From the NCBI RefSeq assembly GCF_004376175.1, contig NZ_SNUY01000046.1:1344-33343 (forward strand): 32,000 bases of DNA. Reading direction: 5' to 3'. Made by a program: the position numbers and the translations under genes. Positions within the stretch are counted from its first letter, which is position 1; each line of letters starts with the position of its first letter. Under the pieces are notes generated by a model. The model was given only the letters and a program-made list of their open reading frames with translations. It was not told the DNA's origin and ran no database searches. The stretch is from Halalkalibacterium halodurans. Its GTDB lineage: Bacteria; Bacillota; Bacilli; Bacillales; Bacillaceae_D. Positions 9,470 to 17,671 of this stretch are shown here, piece by piece.

Positions 9470-10744
9470 CTATTTTCTTATAAAGCGGATGCTACATTCT
9501 AGCGGGCGAATTTGTGAATCAACTTTCGCGTTATTTTGCTGAAAGTACATAAGATCATCGACAATCTTAAGTGTTGTCACATCTTGCTCTGAAAGCTCTA
9601 GGTTGCTCGATATGCGATACTCTAACGTACTATCTGTCATGTTAATCTGCAGCCTGACAAACAAATCGGACATACCTGTTCGGTACAATGCAACGAACAC
9701 CTCGTCCAATATCCGACTTAAATAACGAATTTGCCACAAAGACGTTGGGCGAACGTGCTCAAGAGTCGCTGACACTTTAAACTCGACACCTAATAACCGT
9801 GATAGCTTTTTCTTATTGATGAGAAAGGCATACATCACTTCATCTTCAGATTTGAACAAATGATAGCTCTCATCTTTCACACTAAAACTAGGTAGTTTTT
9901 TTATCGCGACTTTCTTTTCTACATACTCACGAATTAGTGGCGCCGACTCTTTTTCACAAAGCTTTAAAATCGCATTGGAATGGATGCTGTATTCATTTTG
10001 AATCGTTTCGACAATACTTGATAGTTGCTGCTCTTGATCTAGATAAAATTTCTTTGCCTCCATCATCCGCTTCGCTTGAAAGATGGAGTGAAGAACGTAG
10101 TACGTAGATAATACAAGGAAAAGCAATACGATAATGAAGAGAACAAATAAATGTTTGTTTAACACTGCACTTGTCGTCATCACATAAGATGCGAAGCAAA
10201 TGAACAGAAACATCATAAACGCACTTACAAATATAACGCGTTTTTCCTTCGTCGAAAGCAAATCTCCTTCAATATGTCCGCGAAATTCGTTAAGCTGATA
10301 GCTCCCTCGGTAAATGCCGTATGAGGCTGTTGTTACAAGGAGGAACGTACCGCTTTGAATCAGCAACGTTACATCGGTATAAGACAGCAAGACGTCCCAA
10401 TAACTGTAAGAGGACATGGCGGTAATCGCTTCGACAATGATTAATTGGGTAAAGATATAAAATCCATATCCACTGCTCGTCACGACTAACGACTCTAATG
10501 AATTAAATCGAAATAACCATCTGACAAGGATAAACAAAACGGTCATTTGAATGAAAATCACAATCGGCAAGTGCAAATGGGGGACCATTCGTAACACAAA
10601 AATCGATAAAAGACTCAATAACGTACCAATCGCTACAATTGATAAACGATAGCGGCGGAACGTATAACCAAATAATAGAACGGGAAACGATAAGAGGGCG
10701 CTCCATTCCAAAATGGATATTAGGAAGGTTAAAATGTGATACAT
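9470..10744 (-). CDS. AgrC-like 7-TM sensor protein with a degenerate (apparently non-catalytic) kinase module
   Basis: 424 aa: about 7 predicted TM helices in residues 1-220, then a roughly 200-aa cytoplasmic part. The HPK10-like layout is recognisable (IQNEYSIHSNAILKL; LINKKKLSRLLGVEFKVSA; LSRILDEVFVAL). However, DE replaces the N-box DN, and the last roughly 65 residues contain no Gly, so there is no G1 or G2 box. GGGGAG SD lies 8 nt upstream. Confidence 0.7.
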   Translation of the reverse strand: MYHILTFLISILEWSALLSFPVLLFGYTFRRYRLSIVAIGTLLSLLSIFVLRMVPHLHLPIVIFIQMTVLFILVRWLFRFNSLESLVVTSSGYGFYIFTQLIIVEAITAMSSYSYWDVLLSYTDVTLLIQSGTFLLVTTASYGIYRGSYQLNEFRGHIEGDLLSTKEKRVIFVSAFMMFLFICFASYVMTTSAVLNKHLFVLFIIVLLFLVLSTYYVLHSIFQAKRMMEAKKFYLDQEQQLSSIVETIQNEYSIHSNAILKLCEKESAPLIREYVEKKVAIKKLPSFSVKDESYHLFKSEDEVMYAFLINKKKLSRLLGVEFKVSATLEHVRPTSLWQIRYLSRILDEVFVALYRTGMSDLFVRLQINMTDSTLEYRISSNLELSEQDVTTLKIVDDLMYFQQNNAKVDSQIRPLECSIRFIRK

Positions 10745-10774
10745 ACGTGATTCTCCCCTATCATTCTGAAAGAT

Positions 10775-11572
10775 TTAAATCGTCATGTTTTTCCCTTTTG
10801 GAATGGTTAATGTGACAACCACACCTCTTTTTGGATGGTTCTTGATCTCAAGCGTCCCCTCCATGGCTTCTATAATGGTTTTGCATATGGGCAATCCTAA
10901 GCCTGTTCCCTCATCCTTCGTCGTAAAAAAAGGATAAAAAATGTTCTCTAATTGATCCTCAGCAATTCCTGGTCCATCGTCATGAATGACAAGAATCACT
11001 GCGTCCTGATCATTGGAAAGCTTGATGGAAATGGTTCCTTCTTCCTCTATTGCTTCAACAGCGTTTTTAATAAGATTAATAAGTACTTGCTCAAAGCGGG
11101 TTACATTACCTGAAATATATAAGCCTTCTGCCAAATCTGTGCGAAACCGGATCTCTTTCTTGTCTTGCTTCATTTTCTGAATGAGAATAACCTTTTCAAT
11201 GCTACGCTTGACATCAATCAATGACAAGTTTTCCTCGTCAAGATGGGCTTTGGCGAACGTTAATAACTCTTGAATGAGCGCCTCCATACGAATAGCTTCA
11301 TCTTTAATGATAGACGTATATTGGGCAATCGTGGGATCAGAGCGAATCGTTTCATTTTGCTCAAGGTATTGAGTAAAACCGATAATCGAGGTTAGAGGAT
11401 TTCTTATTTCATGAGCAAAAAATGCCGCCATTTTTCCGATAGCTGCATGATAATTCTCATTTCCATCCTTATAATCATTTCCGATCTCACTTAGACGCTC
11501 TTGATATGATTTCTTTTTTTCTATTGGCTTTGTCTTTCTTTGCAGCCAGCTTTTAAAAAATGGACGGTTCAT
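10775..11572 (-). CDS. Soluble sensor-less histidine kinase (HisKA + HATPase_c)
   Basis: H-box FFAHEIRNPLTSIIGF, N-box LINLIKNAVEA, G1 HDDGPGI, F-box FYPFFTTK and G2 GTGLGLPICK are all present. There is no TM or PAS segment. Start placed at the ATG at 11570-11572 (MNRPFFKSW) with an upstream GGGAG. The track ORF extends to a TTG at 11659 without an SD. Confidence 0.85.
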   Translation of the reverse strand: MNRPFFKSWLQRKTKPIEKKKSYQERLSEIGNDYKDGNENYHAAIGKMAAFFAHEIRNPLTSIIGFTQYLEQNETIRSDPTIAQYTSIIKDEAIRMEALIQELLTFAKAHLDEENLSLIDVKRSIEKVILIQKMKQDKKEIRFRTDLAEGLYISGNVTRFEQVLINLIKNAVEAIEEEGTISIKLSNDQDAVILVIHDDGPGIAEDQLENIFYPFFTTKDEGTGLGLPICKTIIEAMEGTLEIKNHPKRGVVVTLTIPKGKNMTI

Positions 11573-11882
11573 GATGATAACACTCCCACTAATCGCACGA
11601 AAAAATTCTGCCCTTTCGATATTGTTACAATTTCGACGCTTTATTGTAAGTTCCTTCAAATATTTTCATTCTTTTCTGACATAATTTTTCCCAGTTTTCG
11701 AATATTCCTGAATCGAACTGAGCGCCTCCCATAACGTAAGAAAAACCCCTGCTTGAGAAGTAACAGAGATAAATAAATCACGGTGTACTACAAAAAGGTG
11801 ATGACTTATTACTGCCTCTCGGAAAGTTGCCTCGCTTTTGAGGCCATGCACCAGACAGCTACGCCTCCCTTTCTTCATTTAC

Positions 11883-11914
11883 AAAGAAAAGACCAGCGAT
11901 TATCATCACTGGTC
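11883..11914 (-). terminator. Putative terminator of metNPQ
   Basis: The minus-strand RNA reads GACCAG-12 nt loop-CUGGUC followed by UUUUCUUU, directly after the metQ stop. Confidence 0.5.
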
Positions 11915-11922
11915 CTTATCGA

Positions 11923-12780
11923 TTACCCCATCGGAATGACCGCGCCATTGTACTGCTCTTCGATAAACTGACGAACTTCTTCAGATTGAAGAACTTCAAC
12001 AAGTACTTGGAACTCAGGGCGATCTTGATCCTCTGCACGAACAACAATTAAGTTTGGCTGTAAGACATCTTCTGACTCAAAAGCAATTCCATATTGCTCG
12101 ATGTCGACGCCACCCTCTAATGCATAGTTCGTATTGATCGCCACAGCATCTCCTTCACCATTTTCAAAAGATGGCGCAAGGAAACGTGCCTCTACTTGCT
12201 GTGAGCCAAATACGAGATTTTTCGGGTTGGAAGAGATATCATCAATTGTCGCAAGCTCCCCTTCTTCTACGTCAAGCTCAATCAGTCCAGCTCGTTCAAA
12301 GATCGGAAGGATTCTTCCATGGTCGCTAATCGAGTCACTGAAAATAATCTCTGCTCCTTCTGGAAGCTCTTCAAGGCTGCTATACTCTTTTGAATAAATT
12401 CCAATCGGTTCGGCATGAACTTCACCGAGGCTTACGAAATCATAGTCATATTCTTCAATTTGCTGAGCCAAATACCCTGGCGTTTGGAAATAGTTCACAT
12501 CAATATCTCCATCTCTTAACGCTGTATTAGGTAAAATGTAATCAGTAAATGTTTCAATTTCGAGCGTAATCCCCCGTTCTTCAAGTAGAGGTGCCGCAAA
12601 TTCAAGCACTTCAGTATGCGGAACAGCAGAAGCCCCGATTTTAATCGTTACAGGCTCATCCACTGATGCTTCTCCTTCTGCTTCTTCAGCCCCTTGCGTG
12701 TCCTCTTCACTAGTTCCACCGCAAGCAACAAGTGATAACGAAAGCGTCGCCGCGCCAATAATGCTTAAAAACTTTTTCAT
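11923..12780 (-). CDS. metQ: Methionine ABC transporter substrate-binding lipoprotein
   Basis: 285 aa with lipobox LSLVACGG, an acidic linker and an NlpA/MetQ-family body. It is the last gene of the S-box-controlled metNPQ array. Confidence 0.9.
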   Translation of the reverse strand: MKKFLSIIGAATLSLSLVACGGTSEEDTQGAEEAEGEASVDEPVTIKIGASAVPHTEVLEFAAPLLEERGITLEIETFTDYILPNTALRDGDIDVNYFQTPGYLAQQIEEYDYDFVSLGEVHAEPIGIYSKEYSSLEELPEGAEIIFSDSISDHGRILPIFERAGLIELDVEEGELATIDDISSNPKNLVFGSQQVEARFLAPSFENGEGDAVAINTNYALEGGVDIEQYGIAFESEDVLQPNLIVVRAEDQDRPEFQVLVEVLQSEEVRQFIEEQYNGAVIPMG

Positions 12781-12795
12781 TTGAAAAAATCCCCC

Positions 12796-13458
12796 TTATC
12801 GTTTGTCTGTTATATTTGTGAAAAAATCGCCGATCCATTGGATGATAAAAACGAGAAAAAGGATCGTGATTGTTGCCACCAATGTAATCTCAGGGTTGTT
12901 TCGTTGAAACCCTTCAAGAAAGGCAAAGTGTCCTAATCCACCGGCACCAATGACACCGGCCATCGCTGTATAGCTCACAAGAGCGATCGCCGTTACGGTT
13001 ATCCCTGAAATAAGCGCTGGGAATGATTCAGGAATAAGGACACGGCAAATAATTCGAAAATGGCCGGCCCCCATCGCCTGTGCCGCTTCAATCACCCCTT
13101 TATCGATCTCACGCAAGGCAATTTCGACCATCCGGGCGTAAAAGGGAGCAGCACCGATAATTAACGCAGGTAACGCCGCATTGGCTCCTAACATGGAACC
13201 GAACAGCGCTCGGGTAAATGGAATTAAAAGAACAATTAAAATAATGAACGGGATGGAGCGAAAAATGTTAACTATCGCACTGAACACCGTATGAATGGCA
13301 ACATTTTGCCACATGTTTCCTTTGCTCGTTAAAAACAGAATTAAACCGAGAATGATTCCGATGACAAAGGTCGCCACAACAGATACGGACGTCATGTAAA
13401 TCGTTTCCTTCGTCGCTTCCCATAAAGCGTCCCACTTAAAATTCTCAAGCACCGGCAA
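12796..13458 (-). CDS. metP: Methionine ABC transporter permease
   Basis: 220 aa, 5-TM BPD-type permease with the EAA-like loop EAAQAMGAGHFRIICRVLIPE. It overlaps the metN stop. Confidence 0.9.
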   Translation of the reverse strand: MPVLENFKWDALWEATKETIYMTSVSVVATFVIGIILGLILFLTSKGNMWQNVAIHTVFSAIVNIFRSIPFIILIVLLIPFTRALFGSMLGANAALPALIIGAAPFYARMVEIALREIDKGVIEAAQAMGAGHFRIICRVLIPESFPALISGITVTAIALVSYTAMAGVIGAGGLGHFAFLEGFQRNNPEITLVATITILFLVFIIQWIGDFFTNITDKR

Positions 13459-14461
13459 TCACCTCCAATTCTAGTTGCTGCTCATGCATATAGGTAATCG
13501 CCTTTTCAATTTCGTCCTTCGGTCCATCGAGGTGGATAAACAACGTTCCATACGAACCTTCTTGTGTTTTTGAAATTTTTCCTTGCAAAATGTTGACGTC
13601 GACTGCAAAGGTGCGAATGAGATTTGTAATGAGGGGCTTTTCAGCCGACTCCCCGACAAAGGTTAGTTGGACGATGCGTCCTGATTTCACCTCATTGAGC
13701 AAATGCTGAACCGTCTCTTCCGGCTCTGTTACTTGTTTTACAAACTCTTTTGTTATATGCTCCTTCGGTTTACGGAAAACATCGAGGACTGGACCTTCCT
13801 CAACCACTTTTCCCGCTTCCATGACGGCGACCCGATGGCAAATCTTTCGAATGACATGCATTTCATGTGTAATTAACACAATCGTAAGACCGAGCTTTTC
13901 GTTAATGTCCACCAGGAGATCGAGGATCGAATCCGTCGTTTTTGGATCAAGGGCAGAAGTTGCTTCGTCACACAACAGCACCTTCGGGTTATTGGCAAGC
14001 GCTCGCGCAATTCCGACACGTTGCTTTTGTCCGCCACTTAATTGTGACGGATACGCCTCTTCTCGACCTTCCAAACCGACAAGATTGATCAGCTCATCGA
14101 CTCGCTTTTCTCGCTCCTTTTTCGGAACCCCTGCAATCTCAAGTGGAAATGCAATGTTTTTTCTGACCGTTCGTGACCATAGCAAGTTAAAATGCTGAAA
14201 AATCATCCCGATTTTTTGCCGTTCGATCCGAAGGTCCCGATCGGAAAGCTTCGAAAGATCCTTCCCCGCCACAATGACGCTTCCTTCTGTTGGACGCTCT
14301 AACATGTTGAGCATTCGAATCAAGGTACTCTTACCGGCACCACTATAGCCAATGACACCGAAGATTTCCCCTTCATTTATTTTTAAATTTACGCCATCGA
14401 CAGCGGTAACCGATCCCGTTTTCGCTTTAAAGACTTTTCTTATGCCGTCTAGCGATATCAT
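13445..14461 (-). CDS. metN: Methionine ABC transporter ATP-binding protein
   Basis: 338 aa with Walker A GYSGAGKST, signature LSGGQKQRV, Walker B LLCDEATSALD and a C-terminal NIL/ACT-like domain. Confidence 0.93.
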   Translation of the reverse strand: MISLDGIRKVFKAKTGSVTAVDGVNLKINEGEIFGVIGYSGAGKSTLIRMLNMLERPTEGSVIVAGKDLSKLSDRDLRIERQKIGMIFQHFNLLWSRTVRKNIAFPLEIAGVPKKEREKRVDELINLVGLEGREEAYPSQLSGGQKQRVGIARALANNPKVLLCDEATSALDPKTTDSILDLLVDINEKLGLTIVLITHEMHVIRKICHRVAVMEAGKVVEEGPVLDVFRKPKEHITKEFVKQVTEPEETVQHLLNEVKSGRIVQLTFVGESAEKPLITNLIRTFAVDVNILQGKISKTQEGSYGTLFIHLDGPKDEIEKAITYMHEQQLELEVIAGA

Positions 14462-14627
14462 GTTAAGCCCTCTTTTCTAAAAATATATCAGTTCGTCTAC
14501 GCGTTACCAATTTAACGAAAGTCAGTACGAGAGCAAAAACTCTCACTCTCGCAAATTTCGTCTCAAGGAGCACGCAAATCATTATCGTAAGAAAGTACAA
14601 TTCCGTGAATGAAACTGCATAATAGAA

Positions 14628-14791
14628 CAAAAAAACCTTTCCGCCATGAGCAGAAAGGAATGTTTTACGTCTTCCCTTCTCTCATCTCTCAAAGCATCGC
14701 TTTGCAGGAATTAGCACCTTTTCCAAGCGATTTGCTGCTTGGCGGTTGCTGGGCTTCATCGGGCCAGTCCCTCCACCTCTCATGATAAGAG
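14628..14791 (-). promoter_or_regulatory. SAM-I (S-box) riboswitch with intrinsic terminator
   Basis: The minus strand reads CTCTTATCATGAGAGGTGGAGGGACTGGCCCGATGAAGCCCAGCAACCG...AAAAGGTGCTAATTCCTGCAAAG...GAGAGATGAGAG. P1 is CTCTTATC/GATGAGAG. The hairpin CCTTTC-N10-GGAAAGG plus T7 follows at 14628-14657. Confidence 0.9.
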
Positions 14792-14902
14792 TTTTCTTAC
14801 TATTCGTAAGAGATTTTCTTACACTATTCGCATGTTCATTGTCAGAATAATATCACGGTAAAAAGTCCTTGTCAACAATAGTAAAATAGTTTAAATTTTC
14901 GT

Positions 14903-16144
14903 TTAATTCACTCTTTGAAACACAAGAAAGAAGTAGGCAGATCCGATCAAATATAAGATAGCCGTCATTGAAAAGGCGATCGCATACCCTGTATAGGGCC
15001 CATAAACGACAACGATTCCAGCAGAAACAGGACCCATGACAGCCCACCCGAGCTGGAACACCATTTGTCCAACTGAATTCGCCAATCCTTTCATCGCCGG
15101 ATGCACGCTTCTCATCATCAGCGCCATTTGAATCGGATTACCAGCATTCATTAATGCTTGCCTGAAAAGAAAGGCTAGGACGGCCAGCCAAGGGTTCATC
15201 GTAAAAGCGGCCACGAGCAAAAAGGGTAAAGAGGCGAGCTGCAAGTAAACAACAGCTCGTACTTCGCCATACTTATGGGCAACCATCGGCCCGACCATGA
15301 GAGCAATAGCAGTCATCGCCTGACCCATGGAGAGGACAATGCCAACTAGGGACGTGCTCATGTCGAATCGATCGGTAAAATATAAATTTAAATAGGGGAT
15401 AACGAGGCCTGAACCAAAGCCAATTAACACATTGGCAATCGCAAATAAGCCGATCAGTTTAAGGCTTGAGCGGTGTTGTTTCATTTGTTGAATAAGCGAA
15501 GTGTCCTCATGATGAGCATTTGCTTGTTTAGAGCGCTCTTCTATTTGCAGCACTGGCCATAAAGCGGCAAAAAAACATGCGGTACCAATCAGCAATGTCA
15601 GACGAACACTACTAAGCATCGAAACTCCCCATAATACATTCCAGGCATCTGTCAGTATCCCACCTAGTAAATTACCAATGACGTTAGCGATCATAATTAA
15701 AGCAAAGTTGAAGCTAAACAAATGGACTCGCTCTTTCTCCGATGAGTTTTCCGCTAAAAGGGGAATGGCTGACACTTGAATAAACGCGAGAAAAAAACCT
15801 GTCATAAAAGCGGTCATCAGCAAGAGGGATTCACCGGCAAAAATTGAACGCAGCAGTAAGCTAATCGCAGTCAACAAGGCACCAATAAAGATCATCTTTT
15901 TTCGCCCTTTTTGATCGCTAATGAAACCAGCAGGTAGTAGCGCAATCGCGGTGGCCATTGCTTGCATTGCAATCACGCGTCCATTGACTTGTTCATCGTA
16001 TCCTAATTCCCGAATATAATAATTGTAAATGACCATGAAGATCCCTAAACCGATGTTAGACAAAAGGGAGGAGACAAAAAAGTGGCGTACATTGCGATTA
16101 AACCCTTTACATTGTTGGTGCCACTCACGAATAAAACGACTCAT
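14903..16144 (-). CDS. MFS transporter
   Basis: About 12 TM helices with the typical loop motif DQKGRKKMIFIG. Start moved to the ATG at 16142-16144 (MSRFIREW), which has AGGAG seven nt upstream. Confidence 0.85.
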   Translation of the reverse strand: MSRFIREWHQQCKGFNRNVRHFFVSSLLSNIGLGIFMVIYNYYIRELGYDEQVNGRVIAMQAMATAIALLPAGFISDQKGRKKMIFIGALLTAISLLLRSIFAGESLLLMTAFMTGFFLAFIQVSAIPLLAENSSEKERVHLFSFNFALIMIANVIGNLLGGILTDAWNVLWGVSMLSSVRLTLLIGTACFFAALWPVLQIEERSKQANAHHEDTSLIQQMKQHRSSLKLIGLFAIANVLIGFGSGLVIPYLNLYFTDRFDMSTSLVGIVLSMGQAMTAIALMVGPMVAHKYGEVRAVVYLQLASLPFLLVAAFTMNPWLAVLAFLFRQALMNAGNPIQMALMMRSVHPAMKGLANSVGQMVFQLGWAVMGPVSAGIVVVYGPYTGYAIAFSMTAILYLIGSAYFFLVFQRVN

Positions 16145-16286
16145 CTCACTTCTCCTCATCAAAAGAATTTCGTACCCCTAAATAGTTTAGTAGAAATTTC
16201 ATGAAATAGGAAGCGAATAGGGCTATGAATTTTTTGCCCCACTAAAGAAACCCAAACGAGCTTGTTCTCGCTTGGGTTACAGCTTT

Positions 16287-16523
16287 TTAGCACCAGCCCT
16301 GGTCACATCCCTCAACATAAGACTTCACTTGATTTGGTGCTGGGTTTTCATATTGAAACACTTTATCATCGCGAAAATCAAAGCCTTCTGCCATTTCATA
16401 TTGCAATCCAGCATTCGTCTCAATAATACGACCAATTTTCGCACGATCGATATATAGGTTGAGATGACCGTTCTCCAACTTCCCATGAACCTTGCTTGTC
16501 ACATCGACTTTCATCTGATCCAT
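16287..16523 (-). CDS. Small conserved protein, YusG-like by size and position
   Basis: 78 aa with an AAAGGAGGAG SD. It is located immediately upstream of gcvH, as yusG is in B. subtilis. The assignment rests on synteny and size only. Confidence 0.55.
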   Translation of the reverse strand: MDQMKVDVTSKVHGKLENGHLNLYIDRAKIGRIIETNAGLQYEMAEGFDFRDDKVFQYENPAPNQVKSYVEGCDQGWC

Positions 16524-16604
16524 CCGGGCCCTCTCCTCCTTTTGTCTAAGAGGTATTCATAGTGTAGACAGAAGGCCGAAAGCCAATGCTATGCAAATAA
16601 TGGC

Positions 16605-16636
16605 CAAAAAGCCAGAGCTACACGGCTCTGGCTTTC
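16605..16636 (-). terminator. Rho-independent terminator after gcvH
   Basis: GCCAGAGC-6 nt-GCTCTGGC (16611-16632), flanked by an A5 and a T-rich run, so it could work in both directions. Confidence 0.7.
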
Positions 16637-16650
16637 TTATTTTCGTCCTC

Positions 16651-17037
16651 TTATTCTTCGCTGATCATTTCCTTGTATTCGTCAGCGCTCATGAGCTCTT
16701 CCACTTGAGAGGCGTCTGATGGTTCAACGACAATCATCCATGCTTTTTCGTATGGAGATTCGTTAACGTACTCAGGGTTATCGTCAAGCTCTTCGTTGAC
16801 TTCTACTACTTTTCCGGAAACAGGAGCGTACAGTTCAGAGACTGTCTTTACTGATTCTACGCTGCCAAAAGGCTCGTCCGCTTCCACTTCATCACCAACT
16901 TCTGGAAGCTCTACAAAGACAATATCACCTAGCTCTGATTGAGCAAAATCCGTAATTCCGATACGAACTTTGTCTCCCTCAACTTTTACCCACTCATGCT
17001 CTTCTGAATACTTTAACTCGTTTGGTAAATTTGACAC
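16651..17037 (-). CDS. gcvH: Glycine cleavage system protein H
   Basis: Lipoyl-lysine motif [14 protein letters not shown] and an [10 protein letters not shown]-terminus. Start set at the GTG at 17035-17037 with AAGGAGG at 17048-17054. The ATG at 17067 would add an atypical 10-aa extension. Confidence 0.93.
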   Translation of the reverse strand: MSNLPNELKYSEEHEWVKVEGDKVRIGITDFAQSELGDIVFVELPEVGDEVEADEPFGSVESVKTVSELYAPVSGKVVEVNEELDDNPEYVNESPYEKAWMIVVEPSDASQVEELMSADEYKEMISEE

Positions 17038-17107
17038 CTTGAGTGACCTCCTTAGTAAATCTTTCATCCCTTACAATAGTATACCTTCTTTTTCCCGAAG
17101 GCAAAAC

Positions 17108-17467
17108 TTACTTTTTCCACGTTTCTTCGTACTCCGCTTCCTTAAATCCTACCGTCACTTTATCACCGTCGGTTAAAATCGGGCGTTTAATCAACATCCC
17201 GTCCGATGCAAGGGTTTCGAGCAACTCATCCTCAGACGCTTCCTTCACTTTATCCTTTAATCCAAGCTCACGGTATTTCTTTCCACTCGTATTAAAAAAT
17301 TTTTTTAGCTCAAGGTCGCTCTGTTCATATAATCGCTTCAATTCCTCTTTTGACGGTGGGTGTTCTACAATATGTACGCTATTTACTTCAATTCCGTGCT
17401 GATCTAACCATTTTTTCGCTTTTTGGCATGTACCACACTTCGGATATTGGTAAAACGTTAATGCCAC
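17108..17467 (-). CDS. yusI: ArsC/Spx-family thioredoxin-fold protein
   Basis: 119 aa with an N-terminal CGTC motif (YQYPKCGTCQKAKKWL), a GTG start and a GGAGGG SD. It lies between gcvH and fadE as in B. subtilis. Confidence 0.8.
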   Translation of the reverse strand: MALTFYQYPKCGTCQKAKKWLDQHGIEVNSVHIVEHPPSKEELKRLYEQSDLELKKFFNTSGKKYRELGLKDKVKEASEDELLETLASDGMLIKRPILTDGDKVTVGFKEAEYEETWKK

Positions 17468-17671
17468 AAATCTTCCCTCCTTTCATTCCATACGTCCTTT
17501 TATTATTGACGATTTGCACCACTTTCACAACTTTTCTGCTTACGTTTTGAAATGGCGAAACAGCCCTACCGCAGTAGGACTGTTTCACACGAGAGAGGAG
17601 AATGCTTCATAAGAAAGGAGGTATTTATTTTATTGGGAGGAGAAGTTCTCCTCCCAAATTGAAAAACAAGT

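Noticed and set aside
11573-11659. A TTG-initiated 29-aa N-terminal extension of the soluble histidine kinase.
   Set aside because: There is no SD before the TTG, and the palindrome and likely promoter lie inside it. The internal ATG at 11572 has a GGGAG upstream.
11666-11878. A 70-aa minus-strand ORF in the leader of the agr-like operon.
   Set aside because: Its ATG directly abuts the metQ terminator T-tract with no SD, and its Cys/His/Arg-rich sequence looks random. The region is more likely promoter or leader DNA.
17633-17657. An 11-bp-arm hairpin TTGGGAGGAGA-agt-TCTCCTCCCAA after fadE, and a second hairpin at 17558-17588.
   Set aside because: Neither is followed by a T-tract on the minus strand, so I did not call them terminators. 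They may still be stabilising or attenuating structures.
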